Assembly (NCBI GenBank): GCA_963854955.1
Contig: CAWLAZ010000001.1
Coordinates: forward strand, 1 to 32,176
Direction of reading: 5' to 3'
DNA: 32,176 nucleotides
DNA from: Phycisphaerae bacterium
GTDB taxonomy: Bacteria; Planctomycetota; Phycisphaerae; Phycisphaerales; SM1A02
Each line of letters starts with the position of its first letter. Positions within the stretch are counted from its first letter, which is position 1. The notes beneath the pieces are model-generated. The model was not told the origin of the DNA, did no database searches, and worked only from the letters and a program-made list of their open reading frames with translations. The position numbers and the translations under genes are program-made. Of the stretch, positions 1 through 8,167 are shown in pieces.

Positions 1-13
1 GTACAATCCCATT

Positions 14-253
14 ATGACAGAAACAACAAAGGTAGATGGGCGTTTAGTCGCGTTACACTGGCCTGGCAATGCAGCAGAAGCCACAATGGCAGTTGACACA
101 ATGCAATTGCAAAAAGCGACTGCTGAAATAGAAGACAGTGCTGGATTAACGTCTCGAATAGATGTGCTCGCTGGATGGGACGCTGATTACCTTGTAGGTA
201 AAGATGTTGTTGTCAACACCACTGATCAGGGCGCAGTGTTAAGCGAAAAATAA
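14..253 (+). CDS. hypothetical protein (79 aa from the first ATG; possibly the 3' end of a longer gene)
   Basis: The ORF has coding-like composition. Its reading frame stays open upstream to the window edge (positions 2-13 contain no stop). I recognise no family motif. Confidence 0.35.
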   Translation: MTETTKVDGRLVALHWPGNAAEATMAVDTMQLQKATAEIEDSAGLTSRIDVLAGWDADYLVGKDVVVNTTDQGAVLSEK

Positions 254-303
254 ATTTTTGATCCGCGCTCATAAACCATTGAGTTTTAAAAAGCAAACCG
301 GAT

Positions 304-1458
304 TTACCCACGCTCAACAAGGCGATCGATTAAGAAACTTGATTGCTCGAGGGCTTGTTCAGAGAAATCACCGAAGTGTGCGTGCACTTCTTCAAAGATT
401 TTCCTGAATGTTTCTTTGTCTTTAGTAAGCACGACGTCGCGTAATTCATTGCCCGCGTTGCTTAATGCATCAAGGACAATTTTTGTTTCTGGATTATTCA
501 TTTGAATAGAAGCGTATAGATCAGCGGACTGTGCAAAGTGACGCGCAGCCATAAGAAGTTCCATTAAATAGATTGGCGAAGTAAACTCAAGCGTTTTTCG
601 AATATCCACATCAAGTTGTTGGATAGTTCTTCCGAGTACTTCTGTTGTTTGGTGTGTGAGTACTTGGACTATACCCATTGCCTTGTCATGTTCTTCAGCG
701 GTTGTTTCGAGAACAGACAATCCGCGAGCTCGCAGTACATGGCAAAGCCATTCTTGCCAGTTCTTGGTGTCGCGAGCACAGACAATAGCAATGCGTTGCC
801 CTTGCAACGAGTGTACGCTTGGACCAAACAGGGGGTGTGTCCCAATAACACTTCCCTTGAAGTGTTCCAACATAATTGCAACTGGTTGTTGTTTTGTTGA
901 AGTGATATCTATAAGAAGCGCATCTTCTTTGCAGTGAGGCGCGACCTCTTCGATGACGGCCAGTGTTGCATCGATTGGTACAGCAATGACGATGACGTCA
1001 GCGTTTTGTACAGCGTTGATGTTTGACAGTTCTGTGTTTTGATCTGCAATCAAAACATCATGGCCAAAATCTTCAAAAAGCCGAACGAAGATTTGCCCCA
1101 TGCCACCGTTGCCGCCGATGATTGCGATTGATTTCGATACCATCGCTTGCGGAACCTCAGCTCCAAGGGACGCTTGCCTGTCGCGACTTGCCCACAAAAT
1201 AACACGGAATAAACTTTCGATAACTTCGCTTCGGAGCCCTGCACATTCTGCACGTTTCCCACGGTCCTCGAGCAGAGATTTTTCTCTGACAAAGTCTCGT
1301 ATGCCAAATCCTGTTGTTTTCTTGACTTGCGCTACCTTTTCGACGACTTTGTTCCGTTGGCGTAACAAATCTACTATTTTATGGTCAATTTGGTCAATTT
1401 CATCCCTCAGGGGGAGCAGGGCATCTGGGACTCTAATTGATGGGTTTTGTTGTTCCAT
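304..1458 (-). CDS. tyrA: bifunctional chorismate mutase / prephenate dehydrogenase (T-protein type)
   Basis: The N-terminus has a type II chorismate mutase helix (LPLRDEIDQIDHKIVDLLRQR). A Rossmann motif IAIIGGNGGMGQ and a prephenate dehydrogenase-like C-terminal half follow. At 384 aa it matches the architecture of the E. coli TyrA fusion. ATG start at 1458. Confidence 0.85.
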   Translation of the reverse strand: MEQQNPSIRVPDALLPLRDEIDQIDHKIVDLLRQRNKVVEKVAQVKKTTGFGIRDFVREKSLLEDRGKRAECAGLRSEVIESLFRVILWASRDRQASLGAEVPQAMVSKSIAIIGGNGGMGQIFVRLFEDFGHDVLIADQNTELSNINAVQNADVIVIAVPIDATLAVIEEVAPHCKEDALLIDITSTKQQPVAIMLEHFKGSVIGTHPLFGPSVHSLQGQRIAIVCARDTKNWQEWLCHVLRARGLSVLETTAEEHDKAMGIVQVLTHQTTEVLGRTIQQLDVDIRKTLEFTSPIYLMELLMAARHFAQSADLYASIQMNNPETKIVLDALSNAGNELRDVVLTKDKETFRKIFEEVHAHFGDFSEQALEQSSFLIDRLVERG

Positions 1459-1535
1459 TTCAATGTGATACAGGGTACCATCTTTGATTCAGAATAAGTT
1501 ATTGCTTTCACCCTAAAGATAATTGGAATTTTAAA

Positions 1536-2930
1536 ATGACAACTACCTATTGCCACTTAAAGGCACCGTCGAGCCAGTTCGTTCAAGACTTTATGGGAAG
1601 CGTAACTGCGCGCAATCCAAATGAACCAGAGTTCTTGCAAGCGGTGCACGAAGTGGTCTCTTCTTTGGAAGGCGTACTTGAAAAACGTCCACAATACGTA
1701 TCTGGAAATATTTTACAACGCATGGTCGAGCCAGAACGCGCATTCCAATTTCGAGTTCCTTGGGTTGATGATGCCGGTGAAATACAAGTAAACCGTGGGT
1801 ACCGTGTTGAATTTAATAGTGCGATTGGACCGTACAAAGGCGGACTTCGATTTCATCCAACCGTAAACTTATCAATCTTGAAGTTCCTCGGTTTTGAACA
1901 AGTATTAAAAAACAGTTTGACAACATTGCCTATGGGTGGCGGTAAGGGCGGTGCAGATTTTAATCCCAAAGGCAGAAGCGACGGTGAAGTGATGCGTTTT
2001 TGCCAATCATTTATGTTGGAGCTTTTTCGGCATATTGGTCCTGATACGGACATTCCTGCTGGCGACATTGGTGTTGGTGGTCGTGAAATCGGCTACATGT
2101 TTGGACAGTATAAAAAAATAACAAACACCTTTGTTGGTGTACTTACTGGGCGTGGATTAGAATGGGGCGGCAGTTTGATTCGTCCAGAAGCAACAGGATA
2201 CGGCTGTGTGTATTTTGCTTCTGAAATGCTCGCGACTCGCGATGAAACAATCAAAGGCAAAACATGCCTTGTTTCTGGTTCAGGAAATGTTGCGCAATAC
2301 ACCATTGAAAAGATCAATGATTTAGGTGGCAAGGTTGTCACGATTTCAGACAGTGGCGGTTGGATATACGACGGCGACGGAATTGATGCAGTAAAACTCG
2401 CATGGGTTATGGATTTGAAAAACAACCGACGTGGACGAATCAGTGAGTACGCAGAACAATTTCCAAATGCAGAGTTCCATAGCCGTGATGATTCGCTCGA
2501 CCATAATCCGCTGTGGGCAATCAAAGCAGATTGCGCATTTCCTTCAGCTACGCAAAATGAAATCAATGAGGTTGATGCAAATAATTTGCTTGGCAATGGC
2601 GTGCATGTTGTAAGTGAAGGCGCAAACATGCCAAGCACAGCCGAAGCACAGGATGCTTTTATTGACGCAGGCATTTTGTATGGACCAGCGAAAGCAGCAA
2701 ATGCTGGCGGTGTTGCTGTTTCTGGTTTAGAGATGGCACAAGCAAGTCAAAGATTGTTCTGGACCCGAGAAGAAGTGGATGCAAAGTTGCAACAGATTAT
2801 GAAGAGTGTTCACGCTCAGTGCGTGAACGCATCGCATGAATTTGATTGCAAAGGCAACTATGTCGATGGTGCAAACATTGCTGGATTTGTCAAGGTTGCC
2901 GATGCAATGTTGGCGCAGGGCATTGTGTAA
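1536..2930 (+). CDS. gdhA: NADP-specific glutamate dehydrogenase
   Basis: It carries the Glu/Leu/Phe/Val dehydrogenase active-site block LPMGGGKGGADFNPKG and the dinucleotide fold VSGSGNVAQY. At 464 aa it has the length and block order of hexameric GdhA. Confidence 0.95.
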   Translation: MTTTYCHLKAPSSQFVQDFMGSVTARNPNEPEFLQAVHEVVSSLEGVLEKRPQYVSGNILQRMVEPERAFQFRVPWVDDAGEIQVNRGYRVEFNSAIGPYKGGLRFHPTVNLSILKFLGFEQVLKNSLTTLPMGGGKGGADFNPKGRSDGEVMRFCQSFMLELFRHIGPDTDIPAGDIGVGGREIGYMFGQYKKITNTFVGVLTGRGLEWGGSLIRPEATGYGCVYFASEMLATRDETIKGKTCLVSGSGNVAQYTIEKINDLGGKVVTISDSGGWIYDGDGIDAVKLAWVMDLKNNRRGRISEYAEQFPNAEFHSRDDSLDHNPLWAIKADCAFPSATQNEINEVDANNLLGNGVHVVSEGANMPSTAEAQDAFIDAGILYGPAKAANAGGVAVSGLEMAQASQRLFWTREEVDAKLQQIMKSVHAQCVNASHEFDCKGNYVDGANIAGFVKVADAMLAQGIV

Positions 2931-2956
2931 AACTTATTATTTTAAGGCATTTTCAG

Positions 2957-2983
2957 TTGATTTTGCAGTAAATATGCTATAAT
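2957..2983 (+). promoter_or_regulatory. candidate sigma70-type promoter with extended -10
   Basis: TTGATT lies at 2957-2962 and TGCTATAAT (TGn + TATAAT) at 2975-2983. The 15-nt spacer is short, so the extended -10 would have to carry recognition. The site is about 145 nt upstream of the next + strand CDS. Confidence 0.3.
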
Positions 2984-3127
2984 TACGCATGTGGGGACTT
3001 GATTGCATGCTCAGTGGAGATGATGCAATAAGCGAAAAGTAATTTTTATAGACGGCGCCTTTTATGTATATGCGCTGTAAGTATTGTGTAATAGCACAGC
3101 AATTTTATTGCGTAGGAGCTGAAAGCA

Positions 3128-3754
3128 TTGAACATTATGACTGTAATTGAATTTGGCGACAAAGTAACGCATCCAAAGTTCCCGGAATGGGGAAGTGGCG
3201 CTGTTATTAAAGTCGAGAATGCACCGGTGAATGGCGATGTGACTGTTCGGGTAACCGTTCGGTTTACGCATGCTGGGTTAAAGAAGTTTGTGGGTGATTC
3301 CATTCCACTGGTTGTCATGATGGATGGGCACTCAATGCCGGGCGATCGTGTTGGCAAACGTCCTGCTATCGCAGCAGTCGAAGATTTAGAACGTTCGGGA
3401 ATGAATCAAGCGGTCGTGCAAAAACTGGAAGAAATTATGTTTGCTATTCCTCATGCCTGTATGGATCCGTTCAATACACTCGAACATCGGATGAGGCGGA
3501 CGCTTCAGTTGTATAAGTATGACTTAAGTGGAAAAGGACTGATGGAATGGGCGATGGCACAGACAGGCATGGATGATCCACTTACCCGTTTCAACCGCAC
3601 TGAACTTGAAGATTACTTCAAGCAGTATTCTTTTTTGCTCAAACAACACCTTTCTAAGTTGTTGTATGAACTTAAGGGTGACAAAGACACATTGAAACAA
3701 TTACTCAGCGAAGCACCTGAAAGTGCTCGCCGAGCTGTTTCAAAACTCTCTTAA
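3128..3754 (+). CDS. hypothetical protein with an N-terminal DUF3553-like domain
   Basis: The N-terminal FGDKVTHPKFPEWGSGAVIKVE...VRFTHAGLKKF resembles the small DUF3553 beta domain (GDxVxHxxFxxWGxGxV). The C-terminal 130 aa is helical and unassigned. Start is either TTG 3128 (AGGAG 10 nt upstream) or ATG 3137. Confidence 0.55.
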   Translation: MNIMTVIEFGDKVTHPKFPEWGSGAVIKVENAPVNGDVTVRVTVRFTHAGLKKFVGDSIPLVVMMDGHSMPGDRVGKRPAIAAVEDLERSGMNQAVVQKLEEIMFAIPHACMDPFNTLEHRMRRTLQLYKYDLSGKGLMEWAMAQTGMDDPLTRFNRTELEDYFKQYSFLLKQHLSKLLYELKGDKDTLKQLLSEAPESARRAVSKLS

Positions 3755-3755
3755 T

Positions 3756-4139
3756 TTAATCCAATCCATCGCTGTCGAAAAATCTGTTGTCGTCTCGGTC
3801 ATCGTGCCGTGTACTGTCTCTTCTGATTTGTTCGACAAGTTTACGCAAGTAGACGTTTTCGCGCCTTGTTGCTTCAAGATCAAACACCATGTACTTCACA
3901 CTCAATCGAAGATAGTCAAGTGAGTCTTGAAGTTTCGCCACAGACTCTTCAATCTGTGAACGTTGAGCGCCGTCGTGTTGGCAAAGTTTTTCCAGTTTCT
4001 CTCGTTGTTCTGCTGGAAGTGTTTGCAGTTGCTCAATCAGACGGCACATTCTCTCTTCTATATTACGTTCGTTCATCTCTGATTCTCTCATTCGTTTTTT
4101 AAGTTGTGCGTAGCCACGCGCTACATTGATAGAGTGCAT
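3756..4139 (-). CDS. hypothetical coiled-coil protein with acidic C-terminal tail
   Basis: The protein is about 127 aa, charged, and heptad-like (EQLQTLPAEQREKLEKL, LQDSLDYLRLSVKYMVFDLE). It ends in DDRDDNRFFDSDGLD. I prefer ATG at 4139 over the TTG at 4142 in the ORF track. No family recognised. Confidence 0.45.
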   Translation of the reverse strand: MHSINVARGYAQLKKRMRESEMNERNIEERMCRLIEQLQTLPAEQREKLEKLCQHDGAQRSQIEESVAKLQDSLDYLRLSVKYMVFDLEATRRENVYLRKLVEQIRRDSTRHDDRDDNRFFDSDGLD

Positions 4140-4241
4140 CAACTTGAGTCAACGTCCACCGAAGCATGCAATAAATAGGAGTTCATGCTAAAAACAGCAT
4201 TTCTCTCGGACGTAGTTTTTGGTTTGTGCCGGCTGATCGTA

Positions 4242-4484
4242 TTAGAAGACTTGCAGAATCACGAATGCGCCAAGCGCTAGTGCAATAATCAGGATAATCA
4301 TCTTTTTGCGAAACTCATTTTCCATAGGAGTTCTGTGCGATGTGTTTCCTTGGATCCATTCACCGCAAGCGGGGCATTTGGATACGTCATCCCAGATTTC
4401 CTCTCCGCAGCGGGGGCAGTATCCTGATTCATCAGAGGAGAAACGTTCAATATCTTCTTGGCTTGGACCTTCGTACATAGACAT
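4242..4484 (-). CDS. tail-anchored zinc-ribbon membrane protein
   Basis: Two CxxC pairs (CPRCGEEIWDDVSKCPACG) are followed by one C-terminal hydrophobic helix (MIILIIALALGAFVILQVF). Its start ATG directly abuts the upstream stop codon (TAAATG). Confidence 0.6.
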   Translation of the reverse strand: MSMYEGPSQEDIERFSSDESGYCPRCGEEIWDDVSKCPACGEWIQGNTSHRTPMENEFRKKMIILIIALALGAFVILQVF

Positions 4485-5534
4485 TTATGAGGTTGGACTG
4501 CTTCGGAATCGTATTTGAATTTCTTGGATTGCACTTTTTGCATCGTATAAACCAAAATTAATGGCGATGGGAATATGCCGATTGAGATTACGCCAAGTGC
4601 CCAGCCCGTCCCAAGGTGCATTAAGGTCGAGGTTGTTCACTGTTCCTCGCATTCGCTTTGCGCTAAACGGTACCCAGCCCGCACCTTGCAGTGCGTACTC
4701 GCCCCAGACAACATAGGTAGGGTATTTGAGTTTACTGCCGTTTGTTGCAACATCAGTAATTCCTACGACAGGGCGTGCTGGAATACCTGCGGCACGTAGA
4801 GTTGCGATGCAAGCACAGAGTGCATCGGTTGCACTTACTTGTTTTCCACTTGTTAGGGCATGTTTAGCCCCGCGAATTTGCAAACCGGTTGTCTGCATTT
4901 TTTCGTTGTTCGCAAATTCGCCGTTTGAATTGGTGTTTTGCAAGCAATACCTAATGAGTTTTTTCGCCGCGATATTGGGCGTGATGGTTTCTTTATTGAT
5001 GATGGTTTCGACTATGCTTGAAAAAACAGGATCTGAAGAGCGAACATACAACGAAGGTTTAAGATAAAACGCGATGTCTTCTTCCCACTCAGTGTTCCAA
5101 GGAATGAGGTTGGCATTATCATCGTTAAGCCTACTTGCGTAGGCAGTTTCGGTGAAATGGATTTGGTATTCCGTTGCATCATCAATGGAAACATGCCACT
5201 GTTTTGCTTGTTTGAGTAATACCTTAGATGAAAAGTCCAAGTTTTGGTTGACTTGGTTGGTCACTCGAAAGGAAGTTGGTGTGAGGTAACTCCAATTTGT
5301 TTCTTCGACGTAGGGCCAACCACGACTCATGCTGCTTCTTGGATTCACTCGTATAGTGACGTCATAAACTCGTGGCGAGTTTCTTGAAAGTGGCGGTTCT
5401 GGGTCGCCAACGACAGGAAAATCAGCCCCAAGTAAGATTGCTAAGGAGGTTACTGCGCATAAAGAAACACACCGACCCATTTGGATGAGTCGGCGTGTTT
5501 TTGAAAGTCTAATGTTTAGAAACATTTGGTTCAT
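4485..5534 (-). CDS. exported transglutaminase-like domain protein (probably catalytically inactive)
   Basis: The N-terminal signal region has a twin-arginine-like KTRRLIQM followed by a hydrophobic stretch. The C-terminal half has the transglutaminase-core signature LRAAGIPARPVVG ... VVWGEY ... GWVPF. Confidence 0.7.
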   Translation of the reverse strand: MNQMFLNIRLSKTRRLIQMGRCVSLCAVTSLAILLGADFPVVGDPEPPLSRNSPRVYDVTIRVNPRSSMSRGWPYVEETNWSYLTPTSFRVTNQVNQNLDFSSKVLLKQAKQWHVSIDDATEYQIHFTETAYASRLNDDNANLIPWNTEWEEDIAFYLKPSLYVRSSDPVFSSIVETIINKETITPNIAAKKLIRYCLQNTNSNGEFANNEKMQTTGLQIRGAKHALTSGKQVSATDALCACIATLRAAGIPARPVVGITDVATNGSKLKYPTYVVWGEYALQGAGWVPFSAKRMRGTVNNLDLNAPWDGLGTWRNLNRHIPIAINFGLYDAKSAIQEIQIRFRSSPTS

Positions 5535-6371
5535 TTACTTCATTGGCTCTTCCATCGTGTCAACAGTCACTGTCACTGTTTCTGTCATTGGAGCATCCCA
5601 TGTAAAAGTATCGGACATTGGTCGTAAGTAAATTTCGACACGTCGATTTTCTTTTGTTCCGTCAGTTCTGTTTGTTACAAGCGGTCGGTATTCACCGTAA
5701 CCAGCAATTTCAAAACGTGATGGATCAATTCCGTTTGCGGTAAGTGTTTTTGCAACACTTGTTGCGCGCGCTGTTGAAAGATCCCAGTTTGTTGGGTACC
5801 GGCTAGCAGAGGATGAAGGTTGAATGTTGTCGGTGTGACCCATGACAACGATTTCAAAATTACTCGCTTCGTCTGTATTCAAAATGACAGCAACGCGGTT
5901 GATAAGGTCAGTTGCACCTTTGCGCAATGATGCTTGTCCGCTTGAGAACGTGAAGTCGCTTCCAAATCGGATCATGCCTGTCTCTGCATTGAACCACATA
6001 TCTTCTGGGTAATTTGTTGCAAGTGTTGCAAGCTTTCTTTGAGTAGCAATCGGTAGTGGACCGAACTGAATGTCAGTGACCGTGGTGAGAAGTTGATTGT
6101 TCTGTGCATCGATGGAATCAAGTTCGCCAGCAAGTAAATCGTATTGTCCTTGCAATGCATAAAAATTTGCTTCTGCTTGCGCAAGTTGGCGTTCGCGTGC
6201 AGCGAGTGCATTTGTTGCAGTATTGCAATCAGTTTGCGATGCAACAAGTTGTTCTTGCAATGAGTGTGTTGTTGTACGTGCAGTATCGTAACGGTCGTGT
6301 TTAACGCAACCTGTTGCGGAAAAACCGATGAGTGTCACGATGCCCGTAGTGAAAAGTAGTGTTTTGCGCAT
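5535..6371 (-). CDS. OmpA/MotB-family peptidoglycan-binding lipoprotein with coiled-coil stalk
   Basis: A signal peptide and lipobox (LIGFSATGC) are followed by a heptad-rich stalk of about 100 aa. The C-terminal OmpA-like domain reads VVMGHTDN...NWDLSTARATSVAKTL...NRRVEIYL. I chose ATG 6371 because GAGGAGG lies 8 nt upstream; the ORF-track extension to 6440 lacks a signal-peptide context. Confidence 0.85.
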   Translation of the reverse strand: MRKTLLFTTGIVTLIGFSATGCVKHDRYDTARTTTHSLQEQLVASQTDCNTATNALAARERQLAQAEANFYALQGQYDLLAGELDSIDAQNNQLLTTVTDIQFGPLPIATQRKLATLATNYPEDMWFNAETGMIRFGSDFTFSSGQASLRKGATDLINRVAVILNTDEASNFEIVVMGHTDNIQPSSSASRYPTNWDLSTARATSVAKTLTANGIDPSRFEIAGYGEYRPLVTNRTDGTKENRRVEIYLRPMSDTFTWDAPMTETVTVTVDTMEEPMK

Positions 6372-6476
6372 GTTGGGATCCTCCTCTAGTGGCGCTTCGT
6401 TATGTCGGGATCCTTCCCAACTTCGTGTACAGTGTAGCAATCAATAAAGCATTACGGTTCACTTTTAACTCACTCA

Positions 6477-7625
6477 ATGTCTAGATTTCTACTACATTCT
6501 TCTTCAATCGCCGATTATCGAGGCGTTCTTGCTTCGCCAGCGGCTATTTTGGTAAACCATACTTCCATCGAAGCAGTTGGCACGCCCCAAGAAGTTGGGC
6601 AACCGGCGGATGTGCAGATTACCCAATTTAATGGCATCGTCACGCCGAGTTTCGTGAATGTGCATGCGCATCTTGATTTAAGTGGTGTCGGGCCTAAGCC
6701 AGCACGCACATCATTTGTCGATTGGGTTGCAGAAGTTGTTGCACCCATTCGCCAAGACGCAAGCGGTGTTGCCGCTGCAGTTACTCGCGGGTTAGAACTT
6801 ACGCGCCTAGGTGGAAGCGCCATCGTGGGCGATATCGCTGGAAGCATCGCATCGTCTGCATGCACGCAAGACATAGAACTTGTCACGACCTTCCTTGAAT
6901 GTATTGAGTCGTATAAAACAAAAGAAGAAATGAAACTTGTGTTCGATGCGTTGCCAACGAACTGCGCAATTTCTCCGCATGCACCATACACGTGTTCTAT
7001 AGAAACATATAAAGCGGCATTTGAAAGTGGCCGTTGTATTGCAACACATCTTTGTGAAACGCTTGAAGAACTTGCGTATGCAGAAACAAGAACGGGAGAA
7101 ATTGCTGCGCTCGAAAAACGATTTGGTGTTTGGAACGAGGGGAAAAAACCGTGGGGCGGACATCCATTAGAAATTGTTTTGCAATTGGCTGATGGCGCTC
7201 CGTGCATCGGCGCACATTTGAATTACATCGAAGACCATCATATTCCTCTGTTGGGACAAGCAAACATGACCGTTGCGTTTTGCCCAAGGGCGAGTGCCTA
7301 TTTTGGACACCGAAATCATCGGTGGCAAGAAATGATTGAAGCTGGGGTGCGTGTTGCTTTAGGAACCGATTCGTTGCTTTGTTTAGATACGCCAAATCGA
7401 ATTAGTGTGCTCGATGAAATGCGATTGTTGTTTGAGCGAGATACTGCCGATCCCGTTACGTTGATGAAGATGGCAACCGTGCACGGGGCGAATGCGCTTG
7501 GAATTTCTCCATCACTTGTAACGCTTGACTGCGGTAAAACAGCAGGGCTTCTGGGCTTCTCTGGATGCGATACGCTTGAATCAATGTTGGCATCAAGCAC
7601 TTTGCCAGAGTGGGTTTATGCATAA
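6477..7625 (+). CDS. metal-dependent amidohydrolase (ATZ/TRZ, nucleoside/aminofutalosine deaminase-like subfamily)
   Basis: It has the HxH metal motif (VNVHAHLDLS), later ligands (ATHLCE, GAHLNY) and the terminal aspartate block ALGTDSL. Substrate cannot be assigned from sequence alone. Confidence 0.8.
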   Translation: MSRFLLHSSSIADYRGVLASPAAILVNHTSIEAVGTPQEVGQPADVQITQFNGIVTPSFVNVHAHLDLSGVGPKPARTSFVDWVAEVVAPIRQDASGVAAAVTRGLELTRLGGSAIVGDIAGSIASSACTQDIELVTTFLECIESYKTKEEMKLVFDALPTNCAISPHAPYTCSIETYKAAFESGRCIATHLCETLEELAYAETRTGEIAALEKRFGVWNEGKKPWGGHPLEIVLQLADGAPCIGAHLNYIEDHHIPLLGQANMTVAFCPRASAYFGHRNHRWQEMIEAGVRVALGTDSLLCLDTPNRISVLDEMRLLFERDTADPVTLMKMATVHGANALGISPSLVTLDCGKTAGLLGFSGCDTLESMLASSTLPEWVYA

Positions 7626-7722
7626 AAACCGTATTTAATGCAGAAAAAGACTGTTTGAGAGATGAAAAAAGGGCATATTGTGGTGCAATCGTCGAAATCG
7701 CCGATATGATGGCGTTCTTGTT

Positions 7723-8154
7723 ATGAGTCAAATATCTATACCCATTCCACTCAATTACAATCAAATTGCGATTGGCACCCCGTACTCCCCGCAAGCGTAT
7801 GCGTTTATTCAAGAGGGACTCGGGTACACAACGGAAATGTTTTCTGCACAGGAAGCCAATACAGTTGCTCTTGATGAACTCGGCGAATTAGACCGCCACG
7901 TCAGTGGCCAACAACTCTGTATGGGATTGCGCGATTTTGCAATTGCACGATTTGGATTACTCGCGCCTGTGGTCTTGAACCACTGGGGAGTTTCTCGAAC
8001 CGAAGATTTTGGTGCGTTAGTGTATCGAATGGCGGAACTTGAACTTCTTCACACCAGCCCGAATGATTCTGAAGATGATTTTCGTTCGGTGTTTCAATTT
8101 GACGAAGCATTTCATCCAGGTGAATTGGTTGAATGCATAGGCTCCAACCTGTAA
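7723..8154 (+). CDS. conserved PVC-group hypothetical protein (Minf_1886-like)
   Basis: The block RHVSGQQLCMGLRDFAIARFGLLAPVVLNHWGVSRTEDFGALVYRMAELELLHTSPNDSEDDF resembles what I recall of the Planctomycetes/Verrucomicrobia-restricted Minf_1886 family. I prefer ATG 7723 over the TTG at 7678. Confidence 0.5.
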   Translation: MSQISIPIPLNYNQIAIGTPYSPQAYAFIQEGLGYTTEMFSAQEANTVALDELGELDRHVSGQQLCMGLRDFAIARFGLLAPVVLNHWGVSRTEDFGALVYRMAELELLHTSPNDSEDDFRSVFQFDEAFHPGELVECIGSNL

Positions 8155-8167
8155 GCATCATCCATCT

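Noticed and set aside
6372-6440. A 23-codon N-terminal extension of the OmpA lipoprotein ORF (MLHCTRSWEGSRHNEAPLEEDPN), containing a GGGATCCTYC direct repeat with two BamHI sites.
   Set aside because: The internal ATG at 6371 has a GAGGAGG Shine-Dalgarno 8 nt upstream and is followed directly by a signal peptide and lipobox. The extension would bury the signal peptide. The short repeat is too small to interpret.
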